DNA of 50,052 nt from a virus, in IMG/VR virus record IMGVR_UViG_3300027521_000001, positions 1 to 50,052 of that record, one strand, 5' to 3'. This document shows positions 25,674 to 34,746 of the stretch, one piece after another (positions within the stretch are counted from its first letter, which is position 1; every line of letters begins with the position of its first letter). The notes under the pieces were generated by a model. It did no database searches and was not told where the DNA came from. It saw only the letters and a list, made by a program, of their open reading frames with translations. The position numbers and the translations under genes are program-made.

Positions 25674-25943
25674 ATGGAAGAGGCAATGGCGGAGCATGGG
25701 TGTCTAAGCTGCGGCGATCCTATCGAGATCCTGGCGGGACACAAGCGGCGCATCTTCTGCCCAGGGTGCACTCGGATGCGGATGTACCTTACCGCCGCAG
25801 AGAAGGAGATCGGACTCCTCAGTTTCAGGCACGCGACCGGCCGGCAGCGGACGGAGCTTCGGCGCTGGCTGTTCGAGGTCACCAACCGCATCCCCCCCGA
25901 TTCCATCCGCGGAGATGGCGGCAGGTTCGCAAAGCGGCCATGA
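25674..25943 (+). CDS. Zinc-ribbon-like small protein (CLSCG...CPGC)
   Basis: Protein-like frame of track ORF 25662..25943. The start was chosen as the ATG 7 nt after the -10; 25662 and 25686 are alternatives. An ATGA overlap links it to the methyltransferase. Confidence 0.6.
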   Translation: MEEAMAEHGCLSCGDPIEILAGHKRRIFCPGCTRMRMYLTAAEKEIGLLSFRHATGRQRTELRRWLFEVTNRIPPDSIRGDGGRFAKRP

Positions 25944-26743
25944 GCGGACTCGTCCTTTCCCTCTTCCCTGGAATCGGCCTGCTTGACATGGCCTTCGAGG
26001 AGGCTGGCTTCTGCGTTGTGCGCGGTCCCGATGTCCTGTGGGGCGGCGATGTTCGCCGCTTCCATCCGCCGCCGGATCGCTTCGATGGCGTGATCGGCGG
26101 ACCACCCTGTCAGACCTTCTCCTCGCTCGCGAACCTAGTCAGGGCGCGCGGTTACGAACCGCGCTTCGGCAACCTGATCCCCGAGTTCGAGCGCTGCATC
26201 GCGGAGGCGCGGCCGCGATGGTTCCTGATGGAGAATGTGCGCCAGGCTCCGGAGGCCGCTATCGCCGGCTACGCGGTCAAGTCCTTCCTGCTCGCCAACG
26301 AGGAGCTGGGCGAAGAGCAGGAGCGGCAGCGCCGGTTCAGCTTCGGGGTGCGAGGCGCAGCGGAGGCGCCCAACCTGCGGCGCTGGATTCAGCCGGCGGC
26401 GCTGATGCTGCCCGCTCGATCAAGGACCATGACGCAGTTCCCGACCGACAATAGCGATAAGGCAAAGGGAGAGGCGGCGCGGTATCGCCAGCGCGCGGTG
26501 ACTTCCTCGGATGGCGGCCGCAACCATGGGCGCGTCCGCCTCCCCGAAGCTATCCGTCTTCAGGGCTTGCCGCCGGACTTTCTGGCCGACTCACCACTGA
26601 CCAATCAAGGCAAGATGAAGGCGGTGGCGAACGGGGTGCCGCTGCCCATGGGACGCGCGGTGGCGGCTGCGGTCCTCGCAGCGCTCGTGCGGCTTGACGC
26701 TCAGCGCTCAGCCACCGATCCTCTTCGGTGGGCCGTCCAATGA
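25940..26743 (+). CDS. DNA (cytosine-5)-methyltransferase, compact (267 aa)
   Basis: The motifs appear in order: LFPGIG (I), GGPPCQ (IV), ENV (VI), QRRFSF (VIII), ANGVPLP (X). It uses an internal ATG of track ORF 25334..26743. Confidence 0.9.
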   Translation: MSGLVLSLFPGIGLLDMAFEEAGFCVVRGPDVLWGGDVRRFHPPPDRFDGVIGGPPCQTFSSLANLVRARGYEPRFGNLIPEFERCIAEARPRWFLMENVRQAPEAAIAGYAVKSFLLANEELGEEQERQRRFSFGVRGAAEAPNLRRWIQPAALMLPARSRTMTQFPTDNSDKAKGEAARYRQRAVTSSDGGRNHGRVRLPEAIRLQGLPPDFLADSPLTNQGKMKAVANGVPLPMGRAVAAAVLAALVRLDAQRSATDPLRWAVQ

Positions 26744-27045
26744 CCGCCTTCCTCGAGCCCCGAGAGGGCGTGCTGATCGCGCGGGCCGGGGAGGAGATCG
26801 TGTGCCCGGAGTGTAGAGAGGTGCTTGCGACTCACAGGCAGGACTTCCTTGCCAACGAGGGGGCAATCTTTGGCGAGGCCCTCACCTTTTCGTCGACGGC
26901 CCGCCACACCCTCTTGCCCGGCGGCGATCTTGAGCTTTTCTGTGACTGCGGGGGCATTCCATTTCGGAGCAATCGCTCGCGCACCGCGGTTCAGCACTTC
27001 ATCCGTTCCGGCTCCTGGAGCGGCTGGCGAGGGCTTGGAGAGTAG
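26740..27045 (+). CDS. Cys-containing small protein (CPEC...CDCGG)
   Basis: ATGA overlap with the methyltransferase stop. 101 aa. Confidence 0.55.
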   Translation: MTAFLEPREGVLIARAGEEIVCPECREVLATHRQDFLANEGAIFGEALTFSSTARHTLLPGGDLELFCDCGGIPFRSNRSRTAVQHFIRSGSWSGWRGLGE

Positions 27046-28317
27046 ATGGCCTCTCGGGACTCTTCGCCAGGACAGGGCTTCTACCTCAATCTCCTGGGGA
27101 AGTCCTCGCTCCCCGCCGTCCTCGCCGGCTTCGCGCAGCAGACCGCGGACCTCCGCAACCAGGTCGTCATCATCGGGCCGGCAGAAGTCCCTGGTTGGTT
27201 CTTTGTCCGGAACCTTTGCTCAGACCAGGCCTATCGCGTCCAGTCCTTGAACGGAGTCAACTATGCTCCCGGCACTATGGTCATCCTCGGCAACCAGGGC
27301 AGCGGCAAGGGAGGCCCTGAGTTTATCATCGGCAGCGTCGGTCAGGCCGGTGGCTCCGAGGTCTCCGTCTCGACCAGCGTCACCTTCGGGACGTTCCCTG
27401 TCGTGACGCCCCCCCCCGCCACGCCTCCCTGTGCGATCCAGATCCCGAACCATCGCTATCTCGGGATCATCCGAGCCAACAGTGACAACACGCTGTATCC
27501 CTACGGCTACCTGGACGGCACCATCGGCGCCCTGCTCGGGCCGTCGTGGAACCCTGGAACGAGCGATTCCTTGGTCGCCGGCTTTCCCGCGATCCGCATC
27601 CATCCGCGAGATCTCGTCGTCCTCCAAGTCCAGGCGATCGGACTCGGCCCCCCCTACCACTTCCAGATCGCCACCTGGGATATCGCGGCTGGGACGCAGG
27701 CCGTCCTCGACACCGGCATTGTCTACGGCGGCTCGCTGACGGCGCCCGTTGCCTCGCAGCTTGCATGGCGCCCCGGCACGAACGAACTCCATTTCATCAT
27801 CTGGACCTTCGACCTTCCAAGTGACAGCTACTTCGGCCAGGTCTACAGAACTGCGGTTGGTGCATCAGGAAGCGGTGGCGCCACCGCTCTCGGAACGCCG
27901 TTTCAGCAGTCCTTCGGGCTGGTGACATGGCCTCCCACGATCTGCGGGAACGTCCTCGCGGTGGCCGGTGGCCGCTTCGATCTCGGTACGCATCTTTGGA
28001 CCGCAGCGCCGGCGGACAACATTGGGGGCGGCGGCGCTTCCTTCAACTCGGACGGAAGTCTAGCCTGCGCCTGGTGCAACCCGCAGGGGGGAAATTTGAG
28101 CGCGGGAGCAGCCTCCGCTGACGGCACGGCCGTCATCCAGTATTTCCCGGACTTTGGGGGCGGACCCTCTCATCCCTCCTACTTCCTGCGAGTGATCCCG
28201 CCGGCGCGATTCGGTACGGGGCTGATCCCTCCCTGCCCGCCGGTCTCAGTCTCGGGAACGCTGGTGCAGCAGGATGGCGCCGGAGATCCGCCAGTGGCGT
28301 TCCTGGCGAGAGATTGA
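27046..28317 (+). CDS. Tail-associated protein, unknown function
   Basis: 423-aa, Gly/Pro-rich beta-type sequence. The ATG directly follows the upstream stop. Confidence 0.7.
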   Translation: MASRDSSPGQGFYLNLLGKSSLPAVLAGFAQQTADLRNQVVIIGPAEVPGWFFVRNLCSDQAYRVQSLNGVNYAPGTMVILGNQGSGKGGPEFIIGSVGQAGGSEVSVSTSVTFGTFPVVTPPPATPPCAIQIPNHRYLGIIRANSDNTLYPYGYLDGTIGALLGPSWNPGTSDSLVAGFPAIRIHPRDLVVLQVQAIGLGPPYHFQIATWDIAAGTQAVLDTGIVYGGSLTAPVASQLAWRPGTNELHFIIWTFDLPSDSYFGQVYRTAVGASGSGGATALGTPFQQSFGLVTWPPTICGNVLAVAGGRFDLGTHLWTAAPADNIGGGGASFNSDGSLACAWCNPQGGNLSAGAASADGTAVIQYFPDFGGGPSHPSYFLRVIPPARFGTGLIPPCPPVSVSGTLVQQDGAGDPPVAFLARD

Positions 28318-28327
28318 GAGTAGACTG

Positions 28328-29638
28328 ATGCCAGTGCGACAGGCGACCATCATCCAGGGCGATGCGCTGGCGGTCCTGCGGGCGATGCCGGCGGGGAGCG
28401 TCCACTGCTGCGTTTCGAGCCCGCCATACTGGGGACTCCGCGACTACGGCGTGCCGGGACAGCTCGGGCTCGAACGCTCGCCGGCCGAGTACCTGGACCG
28501 CATGGTCGAGATCTTCGCCGAAATGCGCCGCGTCCTCCGCGACGACGGGACGCTATGGGTGAACATGGGCGACTGCTACGCGAGCGGCAACCGCGGCGGT
28601 TACCACGCGGATGAAGCGCGATGGGAAAGGAGCCCGATGCAGGCGCGCCGCGCCGATCGCGGAGGGTCTGGAATCCCTGGCTCTCCCAACAGGCTTCCGC
28701 AAGTCGGCCTAAAGTCGAAGGACCTGATCGGCATGCCCTGGCGCCTCGCCTTCGCCCTGCAAGACGCCGGCTGGTGGCTGCGCCGGGACATCATCTGGGC
28801 GAAGCCGAACCCGATGCCGGAGAGCGTCACGGACCGGCCGACGACGGCGCACGAGTACGTCTTCCTGCTGTCGAAGTCGGAGCGGTACTTTTACGACGCG
28901 GAGGCCGTGAGGGAACCTGCGATCTACGCCGAACCGAATGCTTCCGACTCCATCGCGTCACCTTACGGCCAAGGCTTCACGCGCCGCGCCAATCCAGGGA
29001 ACCGCAAGGCGTTCCGCGGTGGTGGCGCCTACACTGCAGGCAACAGCTTCGACAACAGCGCCACAAAGGAGAACGCGGTCGGAGGCAATGACGGGATCCC
29101 GAATCTCTCCCGCAATCTCCGCTCCGTCTGGACCATCCCGACCTCGCCGTTTCGTGAAGCTCACTTCGCAACTTTCCCTCCCGAGCTGGCACGCCGCTGC
29201 ATCGCTGCCGGGACCTCAGAGCGCGGCTGCTGCTCGGAGTGCGGGGCGCCGTGGAAGCGCGAGGTGTCGATCGACTACGAGAACCCCGGCAACCGCTCGA
29301 CCAACGGGCCGCGCTCGGAGGAGCGGAAGCACCAGGAGCACGGCAGCGCTGGCTACGCGCAGCGGCTTGAGCGGCGCGCGTCGACGTCGGGATGGCTGTC
29401 GACCTGCGGCCATGTCGCGGAGATCGCGCCCTGCACCGTCCTCGATCCCTTCTCCGGCGCCGGCACCACGGCCATGGTCGCGCTCCGCATGGGCCGGCGC
29501 GCAATCGGGATAGAACTGAAGCCGGAGTATTGCGAGATGGCGGCGCGGCGGATCGAGAGGGATGCGCCCCTGCTGAACCGGGTTGAACTCGCCAGCTTCA
29601 GCGAGCCGCGCTGCATCCGCGGAGGCGCAGCGGCATGA
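28328..29638 (+). CDS. DNA methyltransferase, N4-cytosine/N6-adenine family (beta class)
   Basis: SSPPYW (motif IV) precedes DPFSGAGTT (motif I). It also carries the segments RDIIWAKPNPMPES and FATFPPELARRCI, and an inserted CCSECG segment. Confidence 0.9.
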   Translation: MPVRQATIIQGDALAVLRAMPAGSVHCCVSSPPYWGLRDYGVPGQLGLERSPAEYLDRMVEIFAEMRRVLRDDGTLWVNMGDCYASGNRGGYHADEARWERSPMQARRADRGGSGIPGSPNRLPQVGLKSKDLIGMPWRLAFALQDAGWWLRRDIIWAKPNPMPESVTDRPTTAHEYVFLLSKSERYFYDAEAVREPAIYAEPNASDSIASPYGQGFTRRANPGNRKAFRGGGAYTAGNSFDNSATKENAVGGNDGIPNLSRNLRSVWTIPTSPFREAHFATFPPELARRCIAAGTSERGCCSECGAPWKREVSIDYENPGNRSTNGPRSEERKHQEHGSAGYAQRLERRASTSGWLSTCGHVAEIAPCTVLDPFSGAGTTAMVALRMGRRAIGIELKPEYCEMAARRIERDAPLLNRVELASFSEPRCIRGGAAA

Positions 29639-29856
29639 GCCAGACGGACTTGCCGGTCATCTCCGCCGCACGGCTTATCATCAAGGAGACCCTCACGCAG
29701 GCCGCTCCTTGTTTCTATTGCGGTTGCCAAAGCTTTGAGCGCACTCTCGGCGAGCCAATCCCAGACTGGCTCCGGCGCCAGCTTCATCCCGAAAACCCGC
29801 TGCTCCAACCGCTTACGTGGCGTTGCGTGTGCTGCGGCAGTGCGAGGGCAGCATAG
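29635..29856 (+). CDS. Cys-rich small protein (CFYCGC...CVCCG)
   Basis: 73 aa with an ATGA overlap to the methyltransferase stop. Confidence 0.6.
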   Translation: MSQTDLPVISAARLIIKETLTQAAPCFYCGCQSFERTLGEPIPDWLRRQLHPENPLLQPLTWRCVCCGSARAA

Positions 29857-31398
29857 ATGTCGGTCGCCAAGTGCAGCGTCCTCGCCCCCGGCGCGACCGG
29901 TCCGCTTGGCGGAGTCTCCTTCGGGACCACGACGACGGGTTTCACGAGCGCCACCGTCCAGGCCGAGATCTGGAACCAGAAGGGCGACCCGACCGCGGAC
30001 ACCGCGCGCGAGGTGCAGCTCATCGCTCTGGTGAAGACGAGCGCCGACGCTTCCTTCGAGCTGACTTCGCCGCCGATCGCGAACGGCTACTTGGAGTGCA
30101 GGGTAACCGGCATCGCTGCCGGCGGCACTGGCACTCCCACGCCTCAGGTCACTGGCTGGCAGAAGATCCGCCCCGGGCGTCCGTGCCTGCTCGACCCGAT
30201 CCCTGGTGATTCCGGAAGGACGGTCGAGTTCCGCCAGGTCGTTCCCGCCGGCCAGAACACGGATGCGTGGACCTGGAACTTTTCGCTGCGATGGGCCGAG
30301 CCGACCTCGCCCATCCCCGCCGGCCTCTGGGCGAGCGGCAACCGGGGCGTGTTCTCGCGGACTGGCGACGGTGCCGCTTCCTTCCTGATCTCGGGAGGCG
30401 CCGTCACCCCGAGCGGTACGCCGGACGCCGACGTCCATCTCGCGGATCTCGCCTGGCGCTTCCAGGGCGTGCCGCATGTCGCCCTTCAGCAGGTCATCGC
30501 CTTCGACCAGCACGACGGAGCTGCCGTGCTCCTCACCGCCGGCCAAGGCTACTGGGCGACCCTCAGCGCCGGCGCAGGCCCCGGCCTGACCGTTACCAAG
30601 GGGCTGGCGGCCACAGCGCCTGTGCCTATCACCGGGCGTGTGCCGCAGCCAGCCGGAGAGAGTTTCGTCGCCTTCGTCCAGGTGACCAGCGCCGCGGCGA
30701 TCGGCAGCGGGGACATCGACCAGACCCTGACCACCTGGGGCGGCTGGCTGCTCTACGGGCAGAACCTGCTCGCGGCCAAGCTCGGCTCCGGCTCCGGCAT
30801 CGCTGGCGACTCGATCGACCTGACCGAGAGTGCCGTCTCGCTGACCTTCCCGGACGCGACCGCAGACGTGCGGGTGTACAAGATCCAGGCGAACCCCGAC
30901 CTGGTGATCCAGCCGCCGCCGGCTCCGGATCCGCAGGCGCTCGAGCTGTGGCGCTGCACGACGGCAGGCGGGGCGATCACGGTCGCGAGGGACGTGCGCC
31001 GCTTCATCGGCCCTGACCGGCAGAAGCACGTCTTCCACTTCGGCGCCGCGCTGGTGGTGAACGCCGCGGTCTACCTCACGCTGCCTGGGCCTGGCGACCG
31101 CGCGGTCTGCCTGCCCTTCCCGGTGCTGGCGAGCTGCGATCCGGTGAGCGGCGGAAGCGGCTCCAACGTCTTCGAGCTCGAGTACTGGAACGGCTCGGCC
31201 TGGGTGACTCTCTTCACCAGCTCGGGCACCCAGGACCGGCGGCCGACGCTCGCGGGCGCTGGCCCCTTCGTCTCGGAGGCCGCGCTCCCCGAAGTCTTAG
31301 TGCTGCCCGGCTGGACCCAGCTCCGGGCGCGCGTGACCGCCATCAGCACTCCGGCGCCTACGGGCGCGGTGATCGAACTCGCCACCGAGGCGGCATGA
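29857..31398 (+). CDS. Tail-associated protein, unknown function
   Basis: 513-aa beta-rich sequence, the last large gene of the late operon. Confidence 0.7.
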   Translation: MSVAKCSVLAPGATGPLGGVSFGTTTTGFTSATVQAEIWNQKGDPTADTAREVQLIALVKTSADASFELTSPPIANGYLECRVTGIAAGGTGTPTPQVTGWQKIRPGRPCLLDPIPGDSGRTVEFRQVVPAGQNTDAWTWNFSLRWAEPTSPIPAGLWASGNRGVFSRTGDGAASFLISGGAVTPSGTPDADVHLADLAWRFQGVPHVALQQVIAFDQHDGAAVLLTAGQGYWATLSAGAGPGLTVTKGLAATAPVPITGRVPQPAGESFVAFVQVTSAAAIGSGDIDQTLTTWGGWLLYGQNLLAAKLGSGSGIAGDSIDLTESAVSLTFPDATADVRVYKIQANPDLVIQPPPAPDPQALELWRCTTAGGAITVARDVRRFIGPDRQKHVFHFGAALVVNAAVYLTLPGPGDRAVCLPFPVLASCDPVSGGSGSNVFELEYWNGSAWVTLFTSSGTQDRRPTLAGAGPFVSEAALPEVLVLPGWTQLRARVTAISTPAPTGAVIELATEAA

Positions 31399-31820
31399 CC
31401 GTCTATGCCCTCGCTCGCTCCTCCCCCACCACAGCCGCCCTTCGGTCCTGGCTTCGGAGGATTCGCTTAGTGCCGGAGAAGATGAGAGGCGCGGGCTTCA
31501 ATCTGAACACGGTCGCGATCATCGTCGGCTTCCTGGTGACTGCGGCGGGGGGCGTTGGCGGCGTCGTCAAGATCACCCATGCCGTCACTCACGCGCAGGA
31601 CGCAGTCAGCGCTCGGCTCGACAAGCAAGACGGCGCCCTGAAGGATCTGAAAGAGGCGGCGCGTGATGATCGCAATGCCGCCAAGGGCGTGACCGATGAT
31701 CTGAAGCGGCAGTTTGAATTGCTGCGGTATGAGATGGGAGAGGTGAAGCTCGCGCTGGCGCAGGCCGGCATCTATTTTTCAGACCAGGGAAACCACGTCA
31801 CTGTGAGGAGAAGGCGATGA
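31395..31820 (+). CDS. Membrane protein with one TM segment plus a coiled coil
   Basis: FNLNTVAIIVGFLVTAAGGVGGVV is followed by a charged helical region. An alternative start lies at 31482 (MRGAGFN). Confidence 0.6.
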   Translation: MTVYALARSSPTTAALRSWLRRIRLVPEKMRGAGFNLNTVAIIVGFLVTAAGGVGGVVKITHAVTHAQDAVSARLDKQDGALKDLKEAARDDRNAAKGVTDDLKRQFELLRYEMGEVKLALAQAGIYFSDQGNHVTVRRRR

Positions 31821-32107
31821 GCAATGGCCATGTGTGCTGCATCCTCGGGGTCTGCTGTCCGCCAGGTTCACCAGGGCAGGCGACTGCTCTGGCCACACAG
31901 ATGGAGAAGTGGAAATCTTCTCGGCCCGCCGCCACCCGCCTGGTATCCTGGTTCGCCGAGCGCTTTCTCGGCCAGTTCGATCTGGCCCCGAAGGGCCTGA
32001 CCGCTGCGGTACTGGCGCACGGCGGGTTGGACGGGAGCGCCGACGAGTTGGCGACTGCGATCTACAATCTCTACGCCCCGCTCTTCGCTGAGGCGGCGAA
32101 GGAGTGA
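31817..32107 (+). CDS. Small protein with an N-terminal Cys cluster (HVCCILGVCCPPG)
   Basis: 96 aa with ATGA overlaps on both sides. Confidence 0.55.
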   Translation: MSNGHVCCILGVCCPPGSPGQATALATQMEKWKSSRPAATRLVSWFAERFLGQFDLAPKGLTAAVLAHGGLDGSADELATAIYNLYAPLFAEAAKE

Positions 32108-32439
32108 TGGTCATGATGACCGCGCGCAAACCGCCAGCCGGCGAGCTTGCGACCTTCAGCCAGTTCAGGGACAAGCTGCTTCTCGGGCTCGTGGCGCTGG
32201 CGATCGCCGCGATGTGGTTCTTCGTCCGCGCCAACCAAAACCAGGTGGCGGCCTTTCACGCGGACCTCGCCGCCGTGCGGAGTGAGATCGCTGAGCTACG
32301 GGGGAGGCTGACCGCAGATCAGAACGCCAGCACCGGACAGTCCGCCCGCTTTGGTGCGCAGGGAGAGGAAGCGCTTCGCCGGCTCGACGGCATCGACAAG
32401 AAGATCGACCAGCTCATCGGTGTTCCGATCCGCCACTGA
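32104..32439 (+). CDS. Membrane protein with one TM segment plus a coiled coil
   Basis: LLLGLVALAIAAMWFFV is followed by a heptad-like region. This is the last gene of the plus-strand operon. Confidence 0.65.
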   Translation: MMVMMTARKPPAGELATFSQFRDKLLLGLVALAIAAMWFFVRANQNQVAAFHADLAAVRSEIAELRGRLTADQNASTGQSARFGAQGEEALRRLDGIDKKIDQLIGVPIRH

Positions 32440-32440
32440 A

Positions 32441-32476
32441 ATAGAAAACCGCCGGCGGGTACGCCCCACCGGCGGT
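32441..32476 (-). terminator. Rho-independent terminator between the convergent operons (best on the minus strand)
   Basis: An 8-bp GC stem (ACCGCCGG at 32448-55 pairing with CCGGCGGT at 32469-76) has a 13-nt loop. On the minus strand the stem is followed by TTTTCTATTT. Confidence 0.65.
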
Positions 32477-32588
32477 CTCAGTCACGTCTACGCTTAGAGT
32501 GCTTCTGTTGGCGGCTTCGCTTCTACGACGTGCGATCCTCCTTTCTAGTAGATGACCTGGGGCAACGCGCCCTCGGTACCTGAACTCT

Positions 32589-32939
32589 TCAGAGCGTTTC
32601 CGGATCGCCCTCCCTCGCCTCTTCCTCTTCGAGATCGTCTTTCGCGCACCAGACCGCAGCCTCGATAACCGCGAGGTGTTCGAGAAAGTAGCGACGTAGC
32701 GGAGCCGGAACTCCCTTCAGGTTGATGCCCATCAGCATCCCGTGCGCGGCGGCCAGCGCCCGCATCTGATCGAGGTGTCTGTCTTTTACAGGCTTTGCCT
32801 CCGCCAGCGCCTCCGGTTGGAAGAGGCGCGCCGAGGTGCCGTTGTGGGCGAATGAACCCATAGCGCCATGCGCGATCACAAACCAGATCTCGCCGCCAAG
32901 CTCGAAGGCCCCGACCTCTTGTTGCCGAGCGTTCAGCAT
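32589..32939 (-). CDS. Hypothetical protein (MLNARQQEVGAFELGG...)
   Basis: Internal ATG of track ORF 32589..33203. The upstream part of that ORF is Arg-rich junk and would overlap the neighbouring gene. Confidence 0.55.
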   Translation of the reverse strand: MLNARQQEVGAFELGGEIWFVIAHGAMGSFAHNGTSARLFQPEALAEAKPVKDRHLDQMRALAAAHGMLMGINLKGVPAPLRRYFLEHLAVIEAAVWCAKDDLEEEEAREGDPETL

Positions 32940-32941
32940 GG

Positions 32942-33358
32942 CTATTTCGATGACAGCGGCAGCGTGACGAACAGCACCGGACGTGCAGCTCGCAGTCCGG
33001 TGCGGCACGCGCTGCCCGCGCAAGGTTGACTGAATGGTAGCACTCCACCGAGCCCGACACAGGACCCCATGGTGACGCCGCCCATCGGCACCTTCACGTC
33101 TGGGAAGCAATGGCCGAGCGCGAGGCCCATCTCGACCGTGGCGCCCTTGCCGACGAGGGCGGCCAACTCGCCAGCGCTCCCCTTGCCGAAAAGGGAAGGC
33201 CACTTCGCGAGCGGGATGGCTGCGCCCTCCGCGAGAGTGCCGGAGAGGCCCATCCAGACGGTGACTCCGGCGAGAGAAGGTGAGGCGCCGGCCGTGGGTG
33301 GCACGGCCGGCGCTGGTGCAGCGGCGAGGACGGCGGCGAGTAGAGCGAGGTGGAACAT
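32942..33358 (-). CDS. Gly-rich exported or membrane protein
   Basis: The N-terminus is hydrophobic (MFHLALLAAVLAAAPAPA) and several Gly-zipper-like stretches follow. Its start overlaps the SLT gene stop. Confidence 0.55.
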   Translation of the reverse strand: MFHLALLAAVLAAAPAPAVPPTAGASPSLAGVTVWMGLSGTLAEGAAIPLAKWPSLFGKGSAGELAALVGKGATVEMGLALGHCFPDVKVPMGGVTMGSCVGLGGVLPFSQPCAGSACRTGLRAARPVLFVTLPLSSK

Positions 33359-33888
33359 CAGGACTCCGATGGCGGCCAGTGCGGGGCCACTAGATTGGCG
33401 TAGTTACTCACAAATTCCTGCTCGGTCGCTCTACCTTTCTCTGTGTTCCATGCAAGCTTGTACACGGGCCAGAGACGGTATGCGACTGTTTCGGCCGTAA
33501 GTAGGTTCGCGAGCGGCAGCGGCTGCGGATGGCGCCAGTACAGCAGTCGGGCCATGGCGCAGGCCCAATTCAGGTTTCCGACCAGGGATTCGTGAACGAG
33601 GTCGCTGCGCTGGTCATTGCGCCAGCACTCAGCCGCCTTGCGCAGGGCGGCGTTTTTCCCCTGCGCGAGCCAAAGGCGCAGATCAAGCAGCGTTCCCGGC
33701 TCCATCTGCCAGAGCCCCAGCGCCGGTCCTCCTTCCTGGTGCAGGAACCGGAACTGACTCTCCTGCGCGGCAGTCCCGAGCAGGAGGCATTCAGCGACAG
33801 GGCCGTCTATGCCCGGCGCCGCGGCCGCGAGAGCCGCAAGCGTCGGGCGCACTACAAAGAGTCCCAACTGCTTGACGTCGAGACCCAT
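33358..33888 (-). CDS. Lytic transglycosylase (SLT-domain) protein, candidate endolysin
   Basis: GTAAQESQF...GLWQM matches the SLT catalytic Glu-Ser and GLMQ motifs. Confidence 0.75.
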   Translation of the reverse strand: MGLDVKQLGLFVVRPTLAALAAAAPGIDGPVAECLLLGTAAQESQFRFLHQEGGPALGLWQMEPGTLLDLRLWLAQGKNAALRKAAECWRNDQRSDLVHESLVGNLNWACAMARLLYWRHPQPLPLANLLTAETVAYRLWPVYKLAWNTEKGRATEQEFVSNYANLVAPHWPPSES

Positions 33889-33891
33889 GGC

Positions 33892-34170
33892 CTACTTCTT
33901 GGCGGTGGCCGCGTGGATCTCGGAGTAGAGCGCCAGCGCGGTGCTCAAGCCGTTCAGGATGGAGTCGACCGTTGGGTTGCCGGACGACACGGCCGGTTGA
34001 GGAAGGATGGCGGGAGGCGGCGCGGACGCGAGCTTGCCGACCTGCGTTGCCAGACCCTCCGTGGCGCGAACCAACTGCCCGAGAAGCCCGTCAATGGCGT
34101 CGAGCTTGCTCTCGATGTCGGCTACCGGATTGGGCGGTGCTGCGGGTGCTGCGCCTACGGGTTCGCTCAT
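33892..34170 (-). CDS. Hypothetical protein
   Basis: 92 aa with AGGAGA upstream on the minus strand. Confidence 0.6.
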   Translation of the reverse strand: MSEPVGAAPAAPPNPVADIESKLDAIDGLLGQLVRATEGLATQVGKLASAPPPAILPQPAVSSGNPTVDSILNGLSTALALYSEIHAATAKK

Positions 34171-34209
34171 GCGGATCTCCTGGTCGGTGCTGGTTGGTGG
34201 ACGGACGCC

Positions 34210-34524
34210 CTACTTGACGGCGTCCTCGAGCGGGTTCCCGGCGCGCCGCTTCAGCTCCTCGAAGTAGAGTGCGCCGATCTTCCCGATGTGGCCGGCGGCA
34301 AAGTCACGTTGGGTCTTGGCGACCAGGCCGGTGATGTCCGCGTGCGCGAGCTTCGTGTGCGCCGCGTTGCCGTTGCCGAAGCGCGCGGCGGTCGCCTTGA
34401 TCTCACTGGCGAGCTCCGGCGCGAACTCGACGAAGACGCCGGCCTTGATGGGGCCGCGACCCTTCTTCGTGGTTCCGGTTGTTGCTCCTTCGTTGCCCTC
34501 TGCGGGCAGTCCTTTCCTTGCCAT
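34210..34524 (-). CDS. Hypothetical protein (basic N-terminus, possible DNA binding)
   Basis: 104 aa with balanced composition. Confidence 0.6.
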   Translation of the reverse strand: MARKGLPAEGNEGATTGTTKKGRGPIKAGVFVEFAPELASEIKATAARFGNGNAAHTKLAHADITGLVAKTQRDFAAGHIGKIGALYFEELKRRAGNPLEDAVK

Positions 34525-34551
34525 GCTTCCTCCCTTGCGGCTCAGCCGCGA

Positions 34552-34746
34552 TTAGTTACCCTGGTCCTCTCGCGCCGCACGCGCCAACTTGGTGAATTCG
34601 CGCACCAGCGCTGGTGAGATGTCGTTGATCTGATGGCGAGACCACGGCGCCCCCCCCTTAGAGACTTCGATCACGCCATCCGATGTGAGTTGATACCGAA
34701 ACTGCGCGCCGCGCCCCGAGGTCCAGCGGTGAAGGATGTCGCTCAT
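34552..34746 (-). CDS. Hypothetical protein
   Basis: 64 aa. Its start overlaps the upstream stop. Confidence 0.55.
   Translation of the reverse strand: MSDILHRWTSGRGAQFRYQLTSDGVIEVSKGGAPWSRHQINDISPALVREFTKLARAAREDQGN

Noticed and set aside
25334-25939. An N-terminal extension of the C5-methyltransferase ORF (track ORF 25334..26743, or an ATG at 25619).
   Set aside because: The extension is Arg/Pro-rich and overlaps the end of the 780-aa tail gene and the protein-like zinc-ribbon frame. Motif I (LFPGIG) lies 6 residues after the ATG at 25940, which is overlap-coupled to the upstream ORF.
28321-28330. TAGACT just upstream of the N4/N6 methyltransferase ATG as another -10 element.
   Set aside because: There is no acceptable -35 at 17-18 nt, and the ATG lies only 1 nt after the hexamer, too close for a transcription start.
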